A stretch of DNA of 11,399 nt, taken from positions 1 to 11,399 of the forward strand of contig NW_021826995.1 in the NCBI RefSeq assembly GCF_006345805.1, given 5' to 3'. The notes beneath the pieces were generated by a model. The model ran no database searches, was not told the DNA's origin, and saw only the letters and a list, made by a program, of their open reading frames with translations. This DNA comes from Octopus sinensis. Its lineage: Eukaryota. Below are positions 1 to 9,049 of this stretch, in pieces; position 1 is the stretch's first letter; each line of letters opens with the position of its first letter. Position numbers and translations under genes: made by a program.

Positions 1-119
1 GAATGTGAACAGTTGTGTGTTAATGGGTGTGTAGGTTGTGATGAATGCCTTGTAAAAATAAGGAATCAAGAATTTCGTTCTTTTTGGTCTGTGTGGGTTT
101 GAAATGCGATGTTTTCTTT

Positions 120-500
120 TGAGTGTCTCCAGTTGTGTGTGAGTGTGTGTGTGTGTGTGTGTGTATGTGTGATGTTTTTTGTTGTTGTCTCCAGCTGTAC
201 GTTTGTGTTGTGTGTGTGTTGCGTGTGCGTACAGACGTGTGTGTGAATGTATGCGTGTATGTGTGAGTGTATGTGTATGAATGTATGTGTGTGTGTGTTT
301 GCGTGTGTGTATTTTTTAACGATGTCTTCTTTTATCTAAGTGTGTGTGTGCATATATATATATATATAATATATATATATATACGCACACACAGATATAC
401 ATATATATATATATACACAAACACACCCAACATATATTATATTATAATACATATATATATATATATTAATATATATATATATAAATCTTCATGTATATAC
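120..500. repeat. Degenerate (GT)n grading into (TA)n/(CA)n microsatellite
   Basis: Directly visible dinucleotide runs; the ORFs at 267-554 and nearby are low-complexity translations (VCVC, IYIY). Confidence 0.95.
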
Positions 501-581
501 ATTTGTTATTCTTCCATAACACCCTTGTTGAAGATATTATACAATATAATATAATCTATCTATCTATTATCTCCTATTTAT

Positions 582-582
<1 letters not shown>

Positions 583-660
<78 letters not shown>
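583..660. repeat. (TATC)n tetranucleotide microsatellite, about 19 perfect units
   Basis: Uninterrupted TATC run, directly visible. Confidence 0.97.
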
Positions 661-669
<9 letters not shown>

Positions 670-791
670 ATACATACATACATACATACATATACATATA
701 TATATATAAAAATATATATATACATATATATACTCACACACATGGATACATGAATATATATTCACACACGCATATATGTATATATATTTGA

Positions 792-797
792 ACACAT

Positions 798-837
<40 letters not shown>

Positions 838-871
838 GCGCGCGCGCACGCGCACACACACATATATATGT
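792..871. repeat. Compound (CA)18(CG)6 microsatellite within an 80-bp alternating purine-pyrimidine tract
   Basis: CA run 799-834, CG run 835-846; strict R/Y alternation from 792 to 871. Confidence 0.93.
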
Positions 872-1019
872 TATTCATACACACAATCCCACACATATAT
901 TCACAGGAAGAAATAAACGCCAAATGTAGCCACGGCAGCAAACATGTTGCCAACATGTATTCCATGTGATACAAATATAGCTATTTTGTTTTTTTAATAG
1001 TGTTAATAATGTGCATCTC

Positions 1020-1135
1020 CGTCGGTTTCGACGATGACTCACTTAGTCTTTCAACGGAATTTTCTTCTCATTGAGTACACGTTTATATGGCTGAGTACCC
1101 CTCAGAGACGAGTAGCTTTTACGTAATTTTCAGCA
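1020..1135 (-). mobile_element. Possible old, degenerate fragment of a third octopus SINE family
   Basis: Motifs gtttcgacga, tcaacggaa and tggctgagtac...acgtaatt resemble a common octopus SINE body as I recall it; unverified, and no promoter boxes or TSD seen. Confidence 0.3.
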
Positions 1136-1206
1136 GGGTCAATGAAAAAGACTTTACCAATGGTGAGCTTCTGTACAGATTCTATTTACTTAATTTCGCA
1201 GTTTTC

Positions 1207-2510
1207 GGATCTTTTCGGTTTGAACGGCAGTTTTTTCTAGCGGTGTCATATGAAATTGTCACCCATAATTATGACCCTAGTATCGATCTATTGCATTTCA
1301 ATCTGTTTTAGGCTTAGGGTTAGGGGTGGAGAGAAGGGTATCTTTTTTTCTTCAGAAATGTAAATAAACCGAATCTGTTTCTTAAACGAGAGACATATTC
1401 ATACGGCACAGAATGTTTTTTTTACCTCGATAGACGTCAGTGATTGGTTGAAATTGCAGAAATTGAAGAAAAAAACAACAACAAATATCTTACAAACTAT
1501 AGAATTTTCTCAATAAAGCCAAGAGAAAAAGATGTTTTATAAACACATTCTACCAGTATACGAAGTTTAAAAGTGTTTAGTTACGTGGGTCACCCATAAC
1601 TATGACCCTAGTATCGATCTATTGCATTTCAATCTGTTTTAGGTTAGGGTTAGGGGTGGGGGGAAGGGTATCTTTTTTTCTTCAGAAATGTAAATAAACC
1701 GAATCTGTTTCTTAAACGAAGGACATATTCATACGGCACAGAATGTTTTTCTTTTTCATCAATAGACGTCAGTGATTGGTTGAAATTGCAGAAACTGAAG
1801 AAAAAGCAAACAACACAAATCTTACAAACTATAGAATTTTCTCAAAAAAGCCAAGAACAAAAGATGTTTTATTAAACACATTCTACAGTATATACGAAGT
1901 TTAAAAGTGTTTAGTTACGTGGGTCACCCATACTATGACCCTAGTATCGATCTATTGCATTTCAATCTGTTTTAGGGTTAGGGTTAGGGGTGGGGGGAAG
2001 GGTATCTTTTTTTCTTCAGAAATGTAAATAAACCGAATCTGTTTCTTAAACGAAGGACATATTCATACGGCACAGAATGTTTTTCTTTTTACATCAATAG
2101 ACGTCAGTGATTGGTTGAAATTGCAGAAACTGAAGAAAAAGCAACAACAAATATCTTACAAACTATAGAATTTTCTCAATAAAGCCAAGAGAAAAAGATG
2201 TTTTATAAACACATTCTACCAGTATACGAAGTTTAAAAGTGTTTAGTTACGTGGAAATTATTTTTTAAAACTGCCGTTCAAACCGAAAAGATCCTGTGTT
2301 TTTTTTTACCTCAATAGACGTCATTGATTGGTTGAAATTGCAGAAATTGAAGAAAAAGCAACAACAAATATCTTACAAACTATAGAATTTTCTCAAAAAA
2401 GCCAAGAGAAAAAGATGTTTTATAAACACATTCTACCAGTATACGAAGTTTAAAAGTGTTTAGTTACGTGGAAATTATTTTAAAAACTGCCGTTCAAACC
2501 GAAAAGATCC
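1207..2510. mobile_element. Non-autonomous DNA transposon (MITE-like, possibly Merlin-type) with amplified interior
   Basis: 29-bp TIR GGATCTTTTCGGTTTGAACGGCAGTTTTT at 1207-1235 with its exact reverse complement at 2482-2510; 8-bp flanks CAGTTTTC (1199-1206) and AAGTTTTC (2511-2518) match 7/8 as a TSD; no ORF. GG termini plus an 8-bp TSD fit Merlin/IS1016, but the superfamily is an inference. Confidence 0.85.
1258..2254 (+). repeat. Three tandem ~332-bp units inside the TIR element
   Basis: Units start at GTCACCCATA at 1258, 1589 and 1923 (331, 334 and 332 bp); each has TTAGGGTTAGGG and ends TTAGTTACGTGG. Confidence 0.95.
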
Positions 2511-2984
2511 AAGTTTTCTCGGGGCTAGGATAAACGGCGCTTGTGTAAGAAACCACTTGTAGAATATATTTTTGGATATTTTGGGGTTATTTTGTTGATG
2601 CGGTTCCTTTTTTTCTTGTCCTTATAGGAATATCTTTTAATTTTTTAATCTTTTAATTTGCATTACGTTTCCAATTCTGCTACAAATAAAATGAACCAAG
2701 CATCGTTTATATTTTTTCTTCTTCATTGCCTTTTATTGACATTTTAATTTTATACACACACAAACATATACACACACATATATATACACATATATACATA
2801 TATTTAAGTATATATGCAAATATAGACATCTATCTATCTATCTATCTATATAAGGTAAAATTTATAATTGATATAGGATAACATTTTTTTTCGGGAAAAA
2901 AATTTTATCAATGGCCAGCCTTAAGGGCATTTTTTATATGCTGGCCATTGATAAAATTTTTTTCCCGAAAAATTGTATCCTATA

Positions 2985-3042
2985 TCAATTATCTCTCTCT
3001 AATATATATGTATATATATATATATATATTATATATAATATA

Positions 3043-3082
<40 letters not shown>

Positions 3083-3096
3083 GTATATATATATAT
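2985..3096. repeat. (TA)n microsatellite abutting the LINE 3' tail
   Basis: Directly visible. Confidence 0.95.
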
Positions 3097-3382
3097 CATC
3101 ATCGTCGTCGTCATCGTCGTTTAACGTCCGTTCTCCATGCTAGCATGGGTTGGACGGTCGACCGGGGTTCTGGGAAGCCAGAAGGCTGCACCAGGCTCCA
3201 GTCTAATTTGGCAATGTTTCTACAGCTGGATGCCCTTCCTAACGCCAACCACTCCGTGAGTGTAGTGGGTGCTTTTTACGTGCCACCTGCACAGGTGCCA
3301 GGCGGGGCTGGCAACGGCCACGGTCAGATTGGTGTATTTTATGTGCCACCGGCACGGAAGCCAGACGGGCGGTGCTGGCATC

Positions 3383-3850
3383 GGCCACGAGTTGGATAGT
3401 GCTTTTTAGTACCAGTGCTTTTTACGTACCACCAGACCAGGGATCCTGGCTGGTTCAATTCGATTTCGATTTCGCTTGCCCCAACATGTCTTCACAAGCA
3501 AAGGGGGTTGGCAAGGGTGCCTGTCGTACGGTCGCATTGGAGTATTTTACGTGCCACGGCCACGAGTCGGATAGTGCTTTTTACGTACCACCAGACCAGG
3601 GATCCTGGCTGGTTCAATTCGATTCGATTTCGCTTGCCCCAACATGTCTTCACAAGCAAAGGAGGTTGGCATGGGTGCCTGTCGTACGGTCGCATTGGAG
3701 TATTTTACGTGCCACGGCCATGAGTCGGATAGTGCTTTTTACGTACCACCAGGCCAGGGATCCTGGCTGGTTCAATTCGGTTTCGATTTCGATTTCGCTT
3801 GCCCCCACATGTCTTCGCAAGCATGGGGGGTTGGCATGGGTGTCTGTCGT
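3383..3850 (-). repeat. ~158-bp tandem repeat (about 2.8 copies) in the LINE 3' UTR
   Basis: Units start at GGCCA(C/T)GAG at 3383, 3558 and 3716; unit 1 is lengthened by a short local duplication. Confidence 0.92.
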
Positions 3851-3933
3851 CGGATGAGGTTCTATATCGACTTCGCTTGCCTCAGCCGGTCTTTGTGTCC
3901 AAGGGAGGGAAGGCATTCATAAGTGGGCTGGGC

Positions 3934-5032
3934 TCACTTGTCCTGCCTGGTCTTCTCACGCACAGAATACTTCCAAAGGTCTCGGTCTCTGGTCATTTCC
4001 TCAGTGAGGCCTAAAGTTCGAAGGTCGTGCTTCACCACCTCGTCCCAGGTTTTCCTGGGTCTACCTCTCCCACGGGTTCCCTCAACTGCTAGGGATTGGC
4101 ACTCTCGCACACACCTATCTTCATCCATTCTCGCCACATGACCATACCAGCGCAATCGTCTCTCTTGCACACCACAACTGATGCTTCTTAGGTACAACAT
4201 TTCTCTCAAGGTGCAAACGCTCTGGCGAGTATGTACACTGACATTACACATCCATCGGAGCATACTGGCTTCATTCCTCACGAGCTTACGCATGTCCTCA
4301 GCAGTCACGGCCCATGTTTCGCTGCCATGTAGCATGGCTGTTCGTACACACGCATCATACAGTCTGCCTTTTACTCTGAGCGAGAGGCCTTTAGTCACCA
4401 GCAGAGGTAAGAGCTCCCTAAACTTTGCCCAGGCTATTCTTATTCTAGCAGTTACACTTTCAGCACACCCACCCCCACTACTGACTTGGTCACCTAGATA
4501 ACGGAAGCTATCAACTACTTCTAGTTTTTCCCCCTGGAAAGTGACGGAAGTTGTTTTTTCTGCAGATTTTCGGAGGTTAATGCTCCCGAGCATCTGCCAC
4601 ATACAAAAACTATCTTCCCAGTTAGCCTACCTTTGACATTCCTGCACCTCTTATGTGTCCATAGCTTACACTGGGTACATCTTATAGAGTTTCTACCTAC
4701 ACCTTTTCTACAGATCGAGCAGGGCCATCTTCCTGAAGATATTTGTGGATTGTCTACCTTTCTACTTATTAGTACTTGGTTTTAGCTAGGTTGACTCTAA
4801 GGCCCCTTGATTTTAAACCCTCCTTCCACACCTGGAACTTCTCCTCCAGTTCTGATAGTGACTCAGCAATAAGAGCAAGGTCGTCAGCGTAGAGGAGCTC
4901 CCAGGGACAGCCTGTCTTGAATTCCTCCGTAATTGCCTGGAGTACTATGATAAATAGGAGGGGGCTGAGTACTGAACCCTGGTGGACCCCAACCTCTACT
5001 TTGAATTCTTCTGTGTACATGTTGCCAACCCT
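3934..5032 (-). pseudogene. C-terminal ~366 codons of LINE ORF2: RT palm, inserted PHD-type finger, thumb/C-terminal region; two 1-nt frameshifts
   Basis: ORF-track pieces 4769-5089 and 3934-4602 are joined by a third frame reading VLISRKVDNPQISSGRWPCSICRKGVGRNSIRCTQCKLWTHKRCRNVKGRLTGKIVFVCGRCSGALTSENLQK. Restoring one A at ~4776 and one at 4554-4559 gives a stop-free frame. Confidence 0.88.
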
Positions 5033-5034
5033 AA

Positions 5035-5069
<35 letters not shown>

Positions 5070-5243
5070 CATATGTAAGTATAGTGCATAGATAGCCATA
5101 TATTTGTATGTGTGTATATATATGGTTACTATTAGGCGCACACAAGCACGCACATATGAGGACACACATATGCATATATGCACGTAAGTATTTAGACATA
5201 ACTTTGTACATTTGCTTGTACGTATACAATACATAAATATATA
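5033..5243. repeat. (TA)n and degenerate TA/CA microsatellite
   Basis: Directly visible; accounts for the IYIY N-termini of the overlapping ORF-track entries. Confidence 0.9.
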
Positions 5244-7316
5244 TATTTCTTTACAACCCACAAGGGGCTAAACACAGAGGGGACAAACAAGGACAGACAA
5301 ACGGATTAAGTCGATTATATCGACCCCAATGTGAAACTGGTACTTTATTTATCGACCCTGAAAGGATGAAAGGCAAAATCGACCTCGGTGGAATTTGAAC
5401 TCAGAACGTAACGGCAGACGAAATACCTATTTCTTTACAACCCACAAGGGGCTAAACACAGAGGGGACAAACAAGGACAGACAAACGGATTAAGTCGATT
5501 ATATCGACCCCAATGTGAAACTGGTACTTTATTTATCGACCCTGAAAGGATGAAAGGCAAAATCGACCTCGGTGGAATTTGAACTCAGAACGTAACGGCA
5601 GACGAAATACCTATTTCTTTACAACCCCAAGGGGCTAAACACAGAGGGGACAAACAAGGACAGACAAACGGATTAAGTCGATTACTTTTCGACCACCCAG
5701 TGGCGTAACCTGTACTTAATTTATCGACCCTGAAAGGATGAAAGGCAAAATCGACCGCGGTGGATTTGAAACTCAGAACGTAACGGCAGACGAAATACCT
5801 ATTTCTTTACAACCCACAAGGGGCTAAACACAGAGGGGACAAACAGGGACAGACAAACGGATTAAGTCGATTACTTCGACCCCAATGCGTAACTGGTACT
5901 TATTTATCGACCCTGAAAGGATAAAGGCAAAATCGACCTCGGTGGAATTTGAACTCAGAACGTAACGGCAGACGAAATACCTATTTCTTTACAACCCACA
6001 AGGGGCTAAACACAGAGGGGACAAACAAGGACAGACAAACGGATTAAGTCGATTATTCGACCCCAGTGCGTAACTGGTACTTAATTTATCGACCCGAAAG
6101 GATGAAAGGCAAAATCGACCGCGGTGGAATTTGAACTCAGAACGTAACGGCAGACGAAATACCTATTTCTTTAAACCCACAAGGGGCTAAACACAGAGGG
6201 GACAAACAAGGACAGACAAACGGATTAAGTCGATTACTTCGACCCCAATGCGTAACTGGTACTTAATTTATCGACCCTGAAAGGATGAAAGGCAAAATCG
6301 ACCTCGGTGGAATTTGAACTCAGAACGTAACGCAGACGAAATACCTATTTCTTTACAACCCACAAGGGGCTAAACACAGAGGGGACAAACAAGGACAGAC
6401 AAACGGATTAAGTCGATTACTTCGACCCCAGTGCGTAACTGGTACTTAATTTATCGACCCTGAAAGGATGAAAGGCAAAATCGACCTCGGTGGAATTTGA
6501 ACTCAGAACGTAACGGCAGACGAAATACCTATTTCTTTACAACCCACAAGGGGCTAAACACAGAGGGGACAAACAAGGACAGACAAACGGATTAAGTCGA
6601 TTACTTCGACCCCAGTGCGTAACTGGTACTTAATTTATCGACCCTGAAAGGATGAAAGGCAAAATCGACCTCGGTGGAATTTGAACTCAGAACGTAACGG
6701 CAGACGAAATACCTATTTCTTTACAACCCACAAGGGGCTAAACACAGAGGGGACAAACAAGGACAGACAAACGGATTAAGTCGATTACTTCGACCCCAGT
6801 GCGTAACTGGTACTTAATTTATCGACCCTGAAAGGATGAAAGGCAAAATCGACCTCGGTGGAATTTGAACTCAGAACGTAACGGCAGACGAAATACCTAT
6901 TTCTTTACAACCCACAAGGGGCTAAACACAGAGGGGACAAACAAGGACAGACAAACGGATTAAGTCGATTACTTCGACCCCAGTGCGTAACTGGTACTTA
7001 ATTTATCGACCCTGAAAGGATGAAAGGCAAAATCGACCTCGGTGGAATTTGAACTCAGAACGTAACGGCAGACGAAATACCTATTTCTTTACAACCCACA
7101 AGGGGCTAAACATAGAGGGGACAAACAAGGACAGACAAACGGATTAAGTCGATTATATCGACCCCAGTGTGAAACTGGTACTTTATTTATCGACCCCGAA
7201 AGGATGAAAGGCAAAGTCGACCGCGGTGAAATTTGAACTCAGAACGTAACGACAGACGAAATACCGCTAAGAATTTCGCCTGGCGCGCCAACGTTTCTGC
7301 CAGCTCGCCGCCTTCC
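5244..7316 (-). mobile_element. tRNA-type SINE (family A) as an 11-unit head-to-tail multimer with ~184-bp period
   Basis: Units start at 5244, 5428, 5612, 5800, 5982, 6164, 6346, 6530, 6714, 6898 and 7082. Only the last carries the head GGCGGCGAGCTGGCAG with an A-box-like TGGCAGAAACGT (7291-7302); every unit has a B-box-like GAGTTCAAATT. Perfect 19-bp TSD TACAATACATAAATATATA at 5225-5243 and 7317-7335. Confidence 0.92.
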
Positions 7317-7774
7317 TACAATACATAAATATATAATTGCTTAGATACACAGACAAACACAAGCACATTTACGCCTGAACACATTTCTAATGAGATAAGA
7401 ATTTCGCTAGCCAAAACTAATATTCTGTAATTAATAAAACAGAAACATTCATGTACAGCCTGTCAAAGAAATTCAATAAACTCCAGAGTATGTAATGACC
7501 GGAAAAGTAAAAGTTAAAAGATATGACTATCGACGTAAACATATCCTGATTATATTTATTAACTCGCCAAGTAGACGTAACTGTTACGGTGTTTATTTAC
7601 ACATTGAACAAATAATTGAAATCTTAATTGGACCATAAACTTATATGTAGCGAAATGATTTCTTGATTATAAGAATTCTTTGTCAGAACGCTTGTTTCCA
7701 TAATGTTTTACCTTTAACCTCGTAATCTCTGTTGGTTGAAGCTTGTGTGTTTGATCTACATAGGGATAGGTATG

Positions 7775-8191
7775 TATTTCTTTACTACCCACAAGGGGCT
7801 AAACACAGAGGGGACAAACAAGGACAGACAAACGGATTAAGTCGATTATATCGACCCCAGTGCGTAACTGGTACTTAATTTATCGACCCCGAAAGGATGA
7901 AAGGCAAAGTCGACCTCGGCGGAATTTGAACTCGGAACGTAACGACAGACGAAATACCTATTTCTTTACTACCCACAAGGGGCTAAACACAGAGGGGACA
8001 AACAAGGACAGACAAAGGGATTAAGTCGATTATATCGACCCCAGTGCGTAACTGGTACTTAATTTATCGACCAAGAAAGGATGAAAGGCAAAGTCGACCT
8101 CGGCGGAATTTGAACTCGGAACGTAACGACAGATGAAATACGGCTACGAATTTCGCCCGGCGTGCTAACGTTTCTACCAGCTCGCCGCCTT
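7775..8191 (-). mobile_element. SINE family A dimer (one headless 184-bp unit plus one full-length unit)
   Basis: Units at 7775 and 7959; head ends at 8189-8191; 8-bp TSD TAGGTATG at 7767-7774 and 8192-8199. Confidence 0.92.
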
Positions 8192-8261
8192 TAGGTATGG
8201 CCAACGTGGAACAGCGGTTGTGGCAGAAACAAATCTGATTTGTCACAAGTTTGATCTTTTA

Positions 8262-8427
8262 GTCGTAGGAGTAGCTATGTGGTAAGTAGCTTGTTTACGA
8301 ACCACATGGTTCCGGGTTCAGTCCCACTGCGTGGCATCTTGGGCAAGTGTCTTCTACTATAGCCTCGGGCCGACCAATGCCTTGTGAGTGGATTTGGTAG
8401 ACGGAAACTGAAAGAAGCAAGTCGTAT

Positions 8428-8508
<81 letters not shown>

Positions 8509-8764
8509 TAATATATAGTGCAATAAATAAAATATATGGCATACATACAAACATATATGTACGTACCGACATCTACATGTATATATACATGCATATATAA
8601 ATATATATATGTGTGTATGTGTGTGTGTGTGTGTGTATTTTTGTGTGTCTGTGTTTGTTCTCCCAACATCGCTTGACAACCGATGCTCGAGTGTTTACGT
8701 CCCCGTAACATAGCGGTTCGGTAAAAACACCGATAGAATAAGTACTGGGGTCGCAAAGAATAAG
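8262..8764 (+). mobile_element. tRNA-type SINE (family B), 3'-truncated, with an expanded internal (TA)n
   Basis: Head gtcgtaggagtagctatgtggtaag and B box GGGTTCAGTCCC; collinear with the reverse complement of 9686-10085 but lacks its last ~80-90 bp. Confidence 0.88.
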
Positions 8765-9049
8765 GGAATAAAAGTATTTCAATTTGTGTACGTCATTGCT
8801 GATATAAGATGAACTAAAAATGGTCTGACTCTGTTTTAGTAAAAATGGTAAGATTTTGTTAGTTGGAATTAAATCAACAATTTTTGGATGAGAAATTGCT
8901 TTCTGGTTTTGTCTTCTGTGATTATCCCTGTGCCAACATAAAACAGATACTGCTGTATAAGCAGGTGTACATATATACATACACACATAGATACACACAC
9001 ATACACACACACACACACACACTCTCTCTCACACATATAGATAGATATA

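Larger units (their letters stand above)
3097..5032 (-). mobile_element. 5'-truncated RTE-clade non-LTR retrotransposon (LINE)
   Basis: RT motifs QGSVLSP and YADD (4880-4891), then KTK...FRYLG and an RTE-type C-terminus (RRLRWYGHVARM, RGRGRPRKTW) ending at TGA 3934. Followed by an ~840-bp 3' UTR and a (GAT/GAC)n tail at 3097-3120. The 5' end is cut off mid-RT at (TA)n. Confidence 0.93.

Noticed and set aside
1-102. Cys-rich open frame ECEQLCVNGCVGCDECLVK
   Set aside because: Cys/Val enrichment follows from GT-rich composition; there is no recognisable domain spacing or splice signal.
267-974. ORF-track entries rich in VC/IY/YL repeats (also 4996-5261, 8275-9066, 9540-9740, 9985-10257, 10611-10844, 11050-11238)
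   Set aside because: They are translations of microsatellites or of SINE sequence, with no domain content.
1794-1801. CTGAAGA hammerhead-core-like heptamer in TIR units 2 and 3
   Set aside because: No flanking helices and no correctly placed GAAA or NUH; it is absent from unit 1.
1314-1989. True telomere or chromosome-fusion relic
   Set aside because: Only 2-3 TTAGGG units per site, at a fixed position inside a transposon unit.
3145-4501. Plus-strand ORFs of 71-161 aa with internally repeated peptides (AFYVPP...)
   Set aside because: They are antisense to the LINE and its 3' UTR; the peptide repeats simply follow the 158-bp DNA tandem.
5244-7316. CRISPR-like array
   Set aside because: Units are wholly repeated 184-mers with no unique spacers, no cas genes, and a eukaryotic SINE head and TSD.
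7230-7316. tRNA gene (also at the family-B SINE heads)
   Set aside because: Only A/B-box-like motifs are present; I could not build a cloverleaf, and the boxes continue into SINE bodies.
8831-8853. Possible 8-nt microexon (ttttag|TAAAAATG|gtaaga)
   Set aside because: Weak polypyrimidine tract, frame-shifting length and no supporting exons; such motifs are expected by chance in AT-rich DNA.
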